The notes under the pieces were generated by a model that worked only from the letters and a program-made list of their open reading frames with translations, did no database searches and was not told the DNA's origin. From the NCBI GenBank assembly GCA_044892525.1, contig CM097886.1, positions 126,046,001-126,110,000 on the forward strand: a stretch of 64,000 bases of DNA, written 5' to 3'. Made by a program: the position numbers and the translations under genes. Of this stretch, positions 28,201 to 42,800 are shown one piece after another. The first letter of the stretch is position 1; every line of letters starts with the position of its first letter. Source of the DNA: Schmidtea polychroa. Lineage: Eukaryota.

Positions 28201-31200
28201 AGTGAAGAGTTTTAAATTATAAGAAACTTGCAAAATTTCAGTTCTGATACCTTTTAATAATAATAATAATTATTATTTATCAATTAATATATAAGGGTTA
28301 TTAAAGATATAATTATAATTTATACAAGAAAAAATATGCCAGTCATCATGCTCATTCGCATTCGGTAAATTCTGCAAGGCAGACTCAGCATTCTAATTAT
28401 GAATCTCACCATCTTCCAATCCTAGTTCATCTTTATGTTCTTTACTGAAAGCAACCTCAAAGGAAGCCTTTTCCAATATTGAGCAAGTAGTTAAATGAAA
28501 TTCTTGTCTTGCGGATTTCCTGCGTTGCTCTTCTGCATTTACAGCTTTTTCCAACATTTCTTGTTGTTGCTTTCTTCTTGTCGTTGATGCAGTAACAAAA
28601 GTTTTCTATAGTATGTTTTCCTCATCAAATTTTATATATCATAAAATCAAAGAATAAATACTGCAGCTTCATTTTGTTTCAATTGCACTTCCTCGGCCGA
28701 TTGACCTTTTCGGATGCTCCACGACGGGTCAGGAACATCGCTACCAGGATGGCCGAGTGTTGGAGATGGTAAAACAAATTCAATATAAGGTGGAGGCAGT
28801 TTTAGTTGTGTAGAGGCACTGTCCTCCAACCTTTGCCAGAATTGAAATCGACAACACCATAAACTGCGAAATCTAGAACGATGGAATGGTTTCACTTTTC
28901 AAAAACCAAATGGAAATATTAACCTCAGAAGTGCAGACATTCGTTGATTGACATCTTCGTGTTGTAACTCACGAAAAATTAACTGCTGTGCCAAAGTTGG
29001 AATTTTAATCGCCGCTAAAATGACAACATTTGCAGCACTAGCAACAAGTTCGGGGTCATTTTCTAATAATAATTCCCATGCCACTGGCATTATATCGGTA
29101 AACATATCCTCATTTAGCAAAAGCGCGCCTTTATTTACAACATTGAAGCAGTTGTGAGTTAAGTTAAATACCTAAAACATATAGAATTATAATTATAAAA
29201 CATTTTCTGAAGTTGTTTGTTTTCTAAAGTTGGCTTCATAATTAAAATTGGAAGTAAACCTTTCTTCATAGAATACTTTACCCGGCGTAAAAACGGAGTA
29301 TCATTTCCTTTCCCAAATTTTCAAAGACCAAGTGATCCATAATTGATGACCACCAATATAACTGATATTATTATGAAATATATATATATAATTATATTTT
29401 TATATTATAAGTAATATTCAAATAAAAACTTTTAAAATCATTTTATAAAATTTAAACTATTTATAACAATTTTGCGCTATTTCATTGGTAGAAAATCGTG
29501 GTAATAATATATAAAATATAATCAGAGAGGAATTATTGATTATATAATTGTTATAGAAAATGGGAGTAAAATAAATAACTACATAATTTTCCAAGTAAAG
29601 CAAAATCGGATGATCCTCGGATTTTTCTTTAACAGATGACTTTTGTTTATTGGTTGTAGGCTCCCCCTTTTCACCGATATTAAAACTTAATCCCAATTCA
29701 TCTGAACTGGCTGCTGCTGCTGTACGAGATTTGAGAAATTTGTCAAACAGAGGCACCGAATCTTTTCTTCTGTGAGGAGAGTGATTACCAAACATCGATT
29801 CCTACTCGGGAGATTTTATCGATTGATACGCACACCAAATCATATAGTTAACCTTCCTTCTGGATCTCGGGAAAAGTGACAACTTCTTTTCGTCGCTCTC
29901 CGAAACACCTCTATGAAGAAGCAGTTGCATGGAAGCGTCAATATCCGTATCACAGCTGCCCCTCTCACCCACACTATGGCTCAGCGCGGCTGCTAATGAT
30001 CCTCCCAGACTAGCTGAATATGGGCCTTCCTCTTCACTGTTTTCACTCGACTCACAGTTATCCATTGATTCTCTGTGCCCTGTGGCTACCGAGTTCTTGC
30101 GATCTCGTTTTCTCCTTTTTGATAAATCACACGAATAGACTGTCTTAACAGCACTAAGAAGTCTTCTACATTGTCGCTGTTGCCTCTCGTAGCAATCGGG
30201 GTGACAAAAGTCAACATGGTTGCATACAAAATTGGTTCTGAAACATACACACGAACATTAAGGTATCGAATTGGCAGTAAATGAAATCCTCACAATGGAG
30301 ACCAATACTTCTCAAATTATTCCCAGCGCGTAAACTCATACATAAACCAACCTCCCACTCACACTCACACACACACATACTCATAAAAAGAGAGAGAGAG
30401 TGACTCGCCTGCTCCCGTTAATTATCGCTACTTGCTCGAGATATAAATTAAATGAATTTTTCTAAACTAGAATTTTTTAATTGAATTCGAAATAAACCAA
30501 ATAATCTCACAAAATATTCATTCAAAATGAGTAGTTCATAGCGAANNNNNNNNNNNNNNNNNNNNNNNNNNNNNNNNNNNNNNNNNNNNNNNNNNNNNNN
30601 NNNNNNNNNNNNNNNNNNNNNNNNNNNNNNNNNNNNNNNNNNNNNNNNNNNNNNNNNNNNNNNNNNNNNNNNNATCTGGTTAACGCAAAATATACTATTT
30701 TCAAGAATAAATCTTTTTTCAATGTATTTTGTTTGTCAATTCTGAAAAATTACAATAAAACATTTGCGGGTACCGTTGGGATAAAGATAAGAAATTGAAA
30801 ATATAAATGGGAAGGAAGACAAATGAACTTTGGGTCGATTTATGAAATAATAGCTACGAGATTAAAATATAAAAAAAGCTAAACCAATCATGAAAACATG
30901 TAAAATAAAATGCTGATTCATAAGACAATAAGTTCACACCAAAAATATCATAATTTACCAATTACACAATGTGATCCTGCGGGAACATGGAAAATATCCC
31001 CATTGGCAAATGGAAGACAAATTTAATAGTGGATAGAGTAGTTTGAAAAAAGAGTCTACTGTTTACGTGCTCTATTTTAGTAATCTCGGCATGATGGATA
31101 AGGGACAATGACAAAATGGAAAATACAAATATAATCTCTGTAGTAACGCGGCCCAAAGGCTGGGCAACCTTTCTCAGTGCTCGAATTCAAATTTCACAAG

Positions 31201-33953
31201 AGGGTGAAATCTTTCTAAAAACAATCCAACAAACTGAAAAAAACAAAAAATAGTCATTGCTCAAAAGGCTTATTGGCTTGAAAATAAACGGACATATAGA
31301 TGAAATACTGAAACTGAAAGATTTCTTTTCCAAGCTGAAACGTAGTCAAGTTGTCTGAATTACAGATTCGTGGGTATTCAGGAGCCAAATCCACTATTAA
31401 TATTCAATCCGATTCCATTGTCATGACTACTGATTATTTGTCAGCAGCTTAATCAAAGAAAAATATCGGTAAAAAATAATTTCCCAGTTTAACTTGCTCA
31501 TTGATTTTAGTAAAAAAACGGAAAATATTTCATTAATTTAAAATTTTTACTACATACAATTAGTCGAGAATATTATAGAATTAATGTCCCCTCTCTATCT
31601 CTGTCCCCATCTCTTTCCTTCGAATCGAGAACGAATCAGCATCGAGAAAATGTGAATATCAACTTTCAAATGAATTTTGGAAATTGCGCAACAAGAAATC
31701 CTGAACAAGAAAAACAAGAAACGAAGACGACGACATTGGAATACGTAGTCGAATGTACGTGATTAGTTGCTCAATATCAATCGGACATTGCGTCACGAAC
31801 GGCAACCTTACACACTATCACTCGTAATTTCTCCCGGTCCTGCACGGTTGGGTTGAGTTTGAAAACTGAAGAAAACTGTTCGGAAATACAATCAAGATAG
31901 ACAAGAAAAAATGTAAAAAAAATTTATTCAAACTCGAAAATTTAGTTCAAGACGATTCAAACATGCCATCCGGAATGGGGAGAAAACAATAAATACTATT
32001 GTCGTAGGATAATTAGTGAGATTTAATAAGTGAATTAGTAATCCATCAGTTACCGGGACAATTACGGTCACAACAGCCATTTATTTTCCATTCTTATCAA
32101 TCCAGTAAAACAAAAATAGAGTTGTTTTCAGTTAAAAATTTTTTTTAACAACTGAACTCAAATAAGATTAGACATAAAAATTTTTTGGGATTTTCTTGTT
32201 ATTATAAAAATCATTACCAAATTAAACTTACAAATAAAAGTCAGTATATTAACAATAAATTATAAAATATGCAAAATGTACAATTTGATTTACGTAACCA
32301 ATAAATGGAGCTGATTGACTCTGCCCTCAAGTGTTAGGACTCTATGTATTCAGAAATACTTATAACATTATCCTTTTATCCTTCTATTTTTCTTTATTTT
32401 ATTGTTCCTCTTAAATAACTTCCTTTATACCAAACCTTTTTTTTCTTCATTCTACAATAAACTAAAAGCCTTACATAGTGCAAACATCCTTTTAATTAAT
32501 GCCTTTTGAACCAAATCACATATGTTTGACAGTTCATTAACAATCTTTGCTTAACGGCTTTCTTGCATGTTCTCAATACAAAAATATAATTTACTGTCCT
32601 ACTATTTGCTCCCATTAATCAATGATAATGGTTTCCCAATTTCTGTTTTGTTTGGTTTTTCCTGTTGTTTACCGAATTCAAGTTTTCTTTAATTACATGC
32701 ATTCCCATGCCTTTTCTAAGAAAACCATTGATGTCATATTATTCCCCGTTGTTTACTCTACCATACCTATTTTTCAAATTTTAAATCGGACCAATAATTT
32801 GGTTTTCTAAAACCTTGACACCAATTATGTTCCTAGTCAGCTTTTCAGACCATATGTCAATTTATTTCTCTTAAAAAAGTTACTTCATTTTATGACCCTA
32901 TTAAAGTAGGTAGTTAGTGGCTTACGGCAGCAATAGGGGGGGGGGGGTAAAAAATGTTGCAAACTTTTGATTGCATAACTTTTTCCGTAGACATTTTTTG
33001 ATTACATAATTGTTGCCGTAATGCCCAATGTTTTCTGGGATTTTAAATACAAATTTTTTTTTTTTTTTTTTCAATAAACAAGCCAAGGATAAATATTATT
33101 TGGGTGGGTCTCCTTGGTCCTGAGAATTTCAATAGAAAAAGGTAGTCTTCAATAAAAAAGCATGGATTTTTCACACTATAGTGAGGGGATCTTCTTGGTC
33201 ATGAGAATTTCAATAGAAAAGGTGGTTTACATTAAAAAACGCATAGTAAATTTTTAAAATAAAGCAAATTATGGGTCTAAAATTTAAAAATAAAGTAAAT
33301 GATGGGTCTAAAAATTTAAGTAAATCAAGGTTCAGATTTATTTTTGAAATAAAGTAAATTATGGGCTAAGATTTTTCAATTAAAGTAAATAATGGTTCTA
33401 AAAAATTAAATTACAGTAAATTATGGTCCAAATTTTTAAATTAAAGTAAATTATGGTTCTTAAAAATTAAATTAAAGTAAATTATGATCCAAATTTTTAA
33501 ATTAAAGTAAATAATGGTTCTAAAAAATTAAATTAAAGTAAATAATGGTCCAAATATTTTAAATTACAGTAAATAATGGTTCTAAAAATTAAATTACAGT
33601 AAATAATGGTCAAAAATTTTAAAATTAAAGTAAATTATGGTTCTAAAAATTAAATTACAGTAAATAATGGTCAAAAATTTTAAAATTAAAGTAAATTATG
33701 GTTCTAAAAATTAAATTAAAGTTAATTAAGGTCAAAAATTTTAAAATTAAAGTAATAATTTTTAAATAAGTAAATTAAAGTAATGTAATAAGTAAATTAA
33801 AGTAAGATTTTTAAATTTATTAACAAAAATAGAAGGTGTTTGAGAATTGAAATTTTTTAATGGAAATTTTAATGAATAATTTTCAATGGTAATTTTTAAT
33901 GGAAATTTTAATAGAATAATTTTTAAGATAATTTTTAATGAAAATTTTTATGA

Positions 33954-34000
<47 letters not shown>

Positions 34001-35862
34001 TAATATTAATAATATATCAACCAAATACTATACAACACATAAAAAATTAACTAAACACATAAAAATAACTAGACACATAACAAAACATATAAACATTAAC
34101 TAAACACATAAAAATGAACTAGACACATAACAAACATAAAAATTTACCAAATAACAAATGTAAAGATATAAAATTTATTCAATAAAATTAGTCCTCATCG
34201 GACAAAATAACGTCATCGATATCGATGTCATCTTCTCCAAAATCTTCATTTAATTCTTCCTCATCTTCTCCATCATTTTCTCCAACATTTTCTGCAACAA
34301 TTTCTCCAACATTTTCTCCAATATTTAATTCACTTAATCTTACATGCCCATATGCAAGACTAGTATTTTTCCCCACCCAAACCCTTTTGTCATCTTTGTT
34401 AGTTAGTGCTATTTTTGTGTTTTTAATTGTAAAAATTTGATGATTTTTGCTTGTTATTTTAGTCTGAGGAACCGAAAAAATCTGGTTAGTGTTATAACAA
34501 TCCAGGTATGACTGATGTTTTATGTCACTACCTTTCAATGTTACACCTTTAGCCTTTTTTGTTTCCTCATCACTCAACAAGCTATAACATTTAGGTCTAA
34601 GAAAAACCCACTCCTTATATAGTAAGAACCTTGATTCAGTCATTGGAAAGTTCAAAGACGAGAATAAAGGTCTTAAATATAAGGAGTGGGTTTTTCTTAG
34701 ACCTAAATGTTATAGCTTGTTGAGAGATGCAAGGAGAAAAAAGAAAACTTTAAAGAGCAATCAAATTTCAATAAAATCCTACACCGAAACGGATACCAAG
34801 GTGAGGACATTGAAAAAATGAATTCTACCCCAAGAAGATCTAGGGAATTAACACAAAAAAGAATCAGAAATATTTCTATCTGAATATCCCATTCATCAGT
34901 GACATACTCGACTTCAAGATCCTGAAAGAACTTAAACGTACCGGTCTTCCAATTCGGATAGCACATAAATCTTGGACATTGAGAAGGGCTCTGGCAGGCA
35001 ACATAAATAGAGAAAACAATTGCACAATGAAAAACTGCCAGACACCGAAAGATATGTGCTTTAGAAAAAACATCGTCTATTGCATCACGTGCAATGTATG
35101 CAATGAAATCTACATTGGAAGTACCCTCAGGACATTGAACCAAAGAGTTAAAGAACATCTAGATCCTGGTGGAACATCCTCGTTGGGCAGACATCTCCGG
35201 CAGTGTCAGCCAACAGAGGAAAGAAAAAATATTTCAATAGAAATCATAGCTAATGGAAACATCCAAAAGAAAAATGTCAGAATCAAAGAAGCAATTCTCA
35301 TCATAAACAGACAGCCAAAGATCAACACTAAAGAAGAAATCAATGAAATCATGAATTTGATCTGTTGTCATTGACTTTGAGAATAACTGACAATATATAA
35401 AGAAAATAAAAAAAATAGAATAAATTAAAAAGTAATAATTAGAATAATATAGGAAAAAAATTTTAAAATAATAGGGTTTGAAAATCAAAATTGACACATT
35501 TATTGAAATATTTAAATAGCATATATAAGTAGTTATTGGAGGCTTTATTTAAAATGTTTTCAAATATTTTATTAGGCTTCTAGAAGCTAATTATAGAAGC
35601 TGTAAAAAATTTAAAAATTTTTAGTTTGTGTCATTTTGAAATTTTAAATGTAAAAATTTTAAAAGTTTTTAGTAAAACAATTCATTATATTTACAACCAA
35701 TGAGAATTAAGAGAAAGGAAATAAAAGAAAGATTGAAGGGTATTTTCGGGAAGAACATTGCTAAATTCCAGGAGATTGACAAGGACTATCGTATAGTCGA
35801 AAATTCTTTCATTAAATACATTATTTGCAGCAAAAGGCTTAAATTATCATTTTATTGTTTTA

Positions 35863-35920
<58 letters not shown>

Positions 35921-36779
35921 TTGAATCTCATTTCCGAAGTTCCACTTAACCCTTTCTAAGGCAAAGGAAACTAAAAGTGATGTAAAACTCAAAGTTTATT
36001 AATAATAATTATATCTAATATAATAATAAACACATCTATGGTTTCAAATACTATAAATTTGTTCTCTTGTAGCTCAATATATGTCAGTAGTTGTACCAAA
36101 AGTAAAAATAATTACCGACAGCGTTACACTTAGATATTTTTATTAGTTTAAAATGGTGTACATTATATTGCCACCACCTTAGAAAGGGTTAAAGCTTCTT
36201 AGTGCCTTGAATAAATTATTCTCAATGATGCTTACTTATTGGCAAATTGGGTAACAATTCTCATCCAAGGCATATGTGAGGAAAAATTATCATGTTCGTT
36301 CGATTTACTGATCCCGATTGATGAACAATAGCCAGATGAAACTTCAACGGGGGAAGTCGAAAACTCTTTCACAGTAGCCGATTCTGGAGTAAATGAACTG
36401 ATCTGTGATTGTGAACTTTCTTTTCGATATCTGATACTCCCAATTCTGGTGTGAGAGGCGCCTCTTAATGAGCCAAGAGTTTCAGCTGAAATATCCAAGT
36501 TTAACCTACCGTAACCTAAAAATTACTATTAACGTTTCGTCGCTCTTGTCACAGTGTTAGTCCTTTGAAAGCTGCCTGATTCTCGGCGTTTACGTAACAG
36601 ATTTTTACCGGCAACAGATTTCCTTCCTAAAACAAAAGAAATCAACTGACTACTCGTTAATTGAGACAATTCAAAGTTAAATAAATAAAGGTTTATTAGA
36701 AAACTGAACAAAAACGTGCAAACATCGATATAAAATTCGATAAGAAACCAAAACCATATGCAACATAGGATATAATGTG

Positions 36780-36854
<75 letters not shown>

Positions 36855-39800
36855 GTATCTCTGTCAGTGACGACAGAATACTGAGATCCCACAAGTTAAA
36901 TATATAACGGAATAGGAAACACCAACAACTGCTTCGTTGTTCGGATAACTCACTTTCAAGTGATCCACTTATCTTTCTAATGGGAGTCAAAAAAGATGCA
37001 GTTGTAGAAATTGTGGGCGGATGACAGCTGACCTGATAATTAGGTATAGAACCTTCAATTGCCGACGATCGAGGTGCTACAGATATTTTAGAAGATATGC
37101 GAATAATTCGTCACAATAAATGACAATTCATTATGAAAATATTTACCTTTTCTTCCTTTTGATCCCGACTCGTCTGTTTGATCGAGAGAATTATTGCTAC
37201 TATGCAGTGAAAAGGCAAAACTAATTCTTCTGTTTCCCGAGGGTGGATGGATTTCTGAAATCAAAAAAAATTTGTTAAAATATATTTCGTCCTACACTTT
37301 CTTTTACTCTCATATCATGATCCCTTTAATGAATTATTTATTTTCATGCATTGTTATCGATTCAATAAATAATTAAATAAATTAAAAAGTCCATAAAACA
37401 AAATTAATAACCTAAATCATTTCCAATTCTACTAAAAAAAACTAATAAACTAACATTATAAATTTCAAGGTGAAAATGCCCAAAATTGATTTAATAATAT
37501 ATAGCTCGATAACAATATAAATGATATTGATTGATGATAAACAAACATACGTTTTTTGCCTATTTATGTACTAGTTGGTAAAATATTCGTCTTGTTTTAA
37601 ATTGTGAAAGATTTAAAACGTTCACGTCGGCGCCGATTTTCATGCTGCGCATTATTCGGCAACGCGGTTTATGTTATTGAACAAAAGTTATGTTTATAAT
37701 ACGTTATTAATTATAATTGTAATTAAAAATAAATGTTTTTGATGAATATACGTTAAATTTTCTAATAATGTGTCTAATAACACAATCAAATACGCCCCAC
37801 CGGTGATCCGCGCCGGCGTGAACGTGTTAACTTGATTGACATTGAAATGTGATTTGTCATTGGGAATTTTAGGAAATAAAGATTTTTTTGCTTTCTAATG
37901 GATTATTTTAAAGACATTTTTAAAGGGAAAGATTTAATTTCTGTATTAAATGACAAAAAGGAAACATTTAACTAAATTTTCGATTATCAATGGGATGTCA
38001 AATCAAATATTATAAAACATAAGATTATCTGTGGCCCTTTTTTATTGTTTCGAAAGCTTGAGTCAACCGGAAACTTTTTAGATAGGACGAATCATAGGAT
38101 CAGGTTGTGAACATTTATTAAGAGATAAACTGGCTGGCAAAGGATTGAAGCATCTATCCAACGGATCAGAAATTTCAGGTCATAAATAATATTTATTATC
38201 CCTACCAAATTGATTCAGGATTCACATTTTATTATCAAGATCACTTAATATAAAATTTTTTCAGAAAGTAGCGGACTGTTTGGATACATCTAATGAGTTT
38301 ATTGGACATCTAATAAATCCATCATATGGAGGAGTGATTCAGAAGGGAAAAATTGCTTAAAATATCACGAATTGAAATGGCGAAGTATTGACCATTATAG
38401 ACACACACATACACACATTTGCACATACATACACAACTTATTTCAACCAATCAAATTTCCAATTACATAATTCAGTAATTTACTGAAGTCATCAACAATG
38501 AAAACCCAAGTTGTTGATTTAGATTTATTATCGAAACTGTAATAATAAAAACTGCACAACGTTTCAGAGTCGAATTTTGCGATATAATGAGGATATATGA
38601 TAACAAAAATTTCTAATAGGGTTTCAAGATTCCTGGTTTGTAAACTCAAATTGTTGCTCCAATTAACTTCATATCTTCAAGGTAGGTAATTGAGACTTCT
38701 CAAATTAGTCATTCTTAAACTGATCATTAGAGATCTCATTGATAAATTGAATTGTAGGGTCAGAAGGAAAACCACATAAAGAGCTCAAGAAAAACATTTT
38801 GCATCAATTAACAAACCATAGAAAGAGTAATTAAAAAGGAATGGAAAGGAATTCTTATTATGAACTATGAACTGTGAATGGTGATTTCTACGAAACGAAG
38901 ATACGGATAAATGTAGTTGTTTATTAATAAATCTCTGTATATATATTTAATAATTTTTACTATTATTATTGTCATTATTAATAATAATAATGCCACATAC
39001 ATTGGAATGACTACCCGTCATCTACATTCTCAAGTTCTGGATAACTGTCGACTAAGAGAATTGATTTAAATCACCAAAAACAATTTTATGTTTAGGTTCA
39101 CATTTTTATATTTGGGAGGTTATATAGTTTGCGTAAAGATTTTGAACAAGAAGTTGTGTATTCAATGTTGGAAGGTGTTTCTAATTTTTGTTTTTTTAAC
39201 TTCGTGTTTTTATTGGATTTCAAATCTTACTTAGATGGTGTTCGGATCTTGGTTATGAATATTAATGTCATGGGTGCAATGCCACATACATTGGAATGAC
39301 TGCACGTCATCTCCGTTCTCAAGTTCCTGATCACTATCGGCTGAAGGAATTAATTAATATTAGTAAACACAATTTTGTGAAAAATTTATTGAAATGTTGT
39401 TTGATTTCAACTTTTGTGATTTTTAAAACTTTTATAATTTTTAAAGTTTGAATTGAGAAAACAGAATTTTATGAATTTTTAGCAAAACTTTATTTTAAAA
39501 ATTAATGAATTAGTATGTTTAAAAAAGAGCAATTTAGATTTATTTAGTTTGAATTTCAATTCTACCTGACGATGACAGTGCTTCTGTCGAAATATATTGC
39601 AGTAATATATATATATATATATATATATACTTTTATAATTTTTAAAATTTGAATTGAGAAAACAGAATTTTATGAATATATATAAGTGATGGTTTCTTGG
39701 TAACATCATTAATTAAATTTTAAACAATTAAATGATAAGTTAAGCCTTTTGCTGCGAAAAATATATATAATGCAAATGAAAAAGTTTTCGACTATAAGAC

Positions 39801-42800
39801 AGTCCTTGTCAAATTAGAAAAGGCTATCTTATAGTCGAAAATGGTTTCATTTCTATTAAATATATTATTCGCAGTAAAAGTCTTAAATTATCATTCAATT
39901 GTTTATTATTATTATTACTTTGAAAGCCTTGTCAAATAAAGTATTTCACAAACACCAACAACATTCAACAAAAACCATTCCGACACAATTTTACTGGTAA
40001 CTCGTTTGGGTTCCTCACTAGATACATACATATATAATAATATAATCTACTAATACAAAATAGCAAAATACCTATAGCATAATTAGAATATATTTTAAAG
40101 TTAAAATTAATTAAAATTAATCATTTTATATAACGACAACAGTTATAGAATGTAAATGTGTCAAAAAGATAAGGTAATCCTGGAAAAATCCAAAACAATC
40201 AAATCCCACCTGTGCTTATTTGACCGATCTCACCAATAATTGATTCAATAGAATCCTGATCGTCAGAGTCTGGACTGTGCAATTCAACAGTTCCCTGAGT
40301 GGGAGAAGTTGTTCTGCACGGTAGCTCTTGTACCCGTTTGTGATCCTGAACACTGTCTATATTATATGACGTTTCATAAATTGGTTCTTTCAGAGATATT
40401 GTTCTTGATTTCGGTAGAAATTGATGAGTTTCTCTCAGATAAGTCGTAATTGCTAGCAGCAATTGAATGACCACAGATTTCAACGCATATGGGCAGCTGT
40501 CACCTTTCGGATTGACTGTGGCTATTGAGATGACAATAAAACGGTGGTTGAGAAACATGATAAATTACTTACAATCATCCAGGAAATTTTCTTCTTCGTC
40601 CAGAATTTGCAGTTCCCTTATTTTAGCTTCATCCTGAATTTCAGAAATATTTGAAAACCGGTCTGCAGCTTGTTCGATCTTTAGGAAATATTCCAAACGC
40701 GTTCCAAGGGCCTAATCAAATAGATGGGAAATTATTATCATCTTATATGTCTTATTGGAATGACCTCAGCCCAACTATGAAACATTTGACCGGCTTGTCG
40801 TTGGATGAAAATTATTTTCTTATTCGTATTGTTCATAAACTGAAACCGGAAAACCGTTGTCATAACGAAGTCATGTTCACAAATAAAATCTACAGACTTG
40901 ATGATCACCACTCATAGGAATTGTTGAGCTGTTCATATATGATCCGGGAAATTTGAATCTCATCCAGCTGGGCCATTCACCTTTATTGCAGCGAGTTACG
41001 AAATTTGCAAGCTCAAGTAGCAAACACGCTCTTGCCAAAACCGGGGATTCCTTAATTAAATTTTTATTCGCCGTTAAAAATATTAGTTTCAATTATAATT
41101 GCTGACTAAATCAAGCATCGATGCCACTAATTGAGGCTCTGGAATCATTCCCGGTTCAAAACTGTCCAGAATGAAACTGAAAATAGCCATTCCACGCTTG
41201 AGAGTGAATGGGTCAATGATTTTTCTATCTTTGGACTTTGGTAGGGTATTTATGGATACTGTAGGGCTGGCTGATTGGAATTTATTGCATTTAATAGNNN
41301 NNNNNNNNNNNNNNNNNNNNNNNNNNNNNNNNNNNNNNNNNNNNNNNNNNNNNNNNNNNNNNNNNNNNNNNNNNNNNNNNNNNNNNNNNNNNNNNNNNNN
41401 NNNNNNNNNNNNNNNNNNNNNNNNNNNNNNNNNNNNNNNNNNNNNNNNNNNNNNNNNNNNNNNNNNNNNNNNNNNNNNAATACTATCCACTAATAGTGGA
41501 CCACTATTATCTATAATGTCTATGTTTTCGAGATTTCTATTGCGTGTGTACTTGAACAGCAGGGAAAATCTGTAGTACCCAGCAGCGTCACTTTTAAAAA
41601 GAAACTGTTTCAGGACAGCTGGGGTGATTGTATGTTATTATTAATGAAATTATAATATATAGTAACAATAATAATAAAATTAACAATTTTTAATAAATAA
41701 AAAAACATTAGTATTCTTTGTGTTTATTCCAAGTGCTTCAATTTCGTTTATAAAAACAATTGTCCTTGTACAGGCATTCTTGGCATTCTTGATACAAAAA
41801 TTGATTTACATATAAAGTTGATTCCAATTTTCATTTTTCTGGTTTAATTTGTTTTCATTGACTTTTATTCGGTTTTTTTAATTCTCTACAGCAGGGGTTC
41901 CCAAAATTTTCATAGTACCATACCTGTACGTTTTAAAAAATTTGATGGCGTACCGGTAAATCTAATTTTTTAATTGGGTATAAAATGCAATGGAGTTTTG
42001 TAATAAAGACAAGTAACTTGGGATATATAAATAACATATAAATAAAATATAATTATGGCTTAAAAATAGTTAGTGAGAAGGTTGCGCCTGTTTATTATTA
42101 ACTAAAGATGAAATATCGGGCTCAATGTTTGTCAGTTTAAGGCGAAGATCCGATTCAATGCCCAGCAAAGCTCTATACTTGGTTTTCATCGCAGTCATTG
42201 CAGAAAATGTGTCGCAAATGGCATTAAAAATTTTAGAAAATTAGAAATTGTAAAATATTAAAATATATGGGTTATTGTAGTCATGTTATTTTTTCGCAAA
42301 ACAGATTTTTGTTTTATATATAGTAAAGTAATTCGCGTACCGGTACTGGTACGTGTACCCAAGGTTGGGAATCTCTGCTCAATAGTAATAATTTACTATA
42401 GAGAATTGAACTATATAACTTTTTTGATGCTTTAGAAATTACGTAAATAATTTTCAGGCTGAAATTGTAATTTTATATTTTTATATTTAACTGGAAGAAT
42501 TAAATACGAAAATCAGGCTAAAGTTATTTTGTATCAATCCAGAATCAAATTGAACATTGGATGTGCTGCATAACTAGGCTTGTCAGATATAAATTTCGAA
42601 AAAAACTTACATACAAAAATTGATCAGCATAAAAAAGAAAACAATTAAAGATACATGTTATGTAATTTATTTTATTATTATAATTATCAGTAAATATGTT
42701 ATATATAAAATTATTAAATTATTTTAAAAAATAAAATAATTTAAAAAATAAATCACAAGGTCTTAACAAAAAATTAATTATATCACTTCAATAAAATATT

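Larger units (their letters stand above)
32905..34655 (-). mobile_element. Terminal fragment of a Polinton/Maverick element
   Basis: AGTAG start, G-tract, subterminal tandem repeats and the 3' end of a protein-primed PolB. The terminus assignment is inferred. Confidence 0.7.

Noticed and set aside
33250-33760. CRISPR-like array (also considered for 61500-61760)
   Set aside because: Units are contiguous with no unique spacers, there are no cas genes, and the context is eukaryotic.
36529-36990. 153-aa ORF with an IYIYIY tract as a novel protein
   Set aside because: It is read-through of two unc80 exons and an intron containing (TA)n, which has no stop codons.
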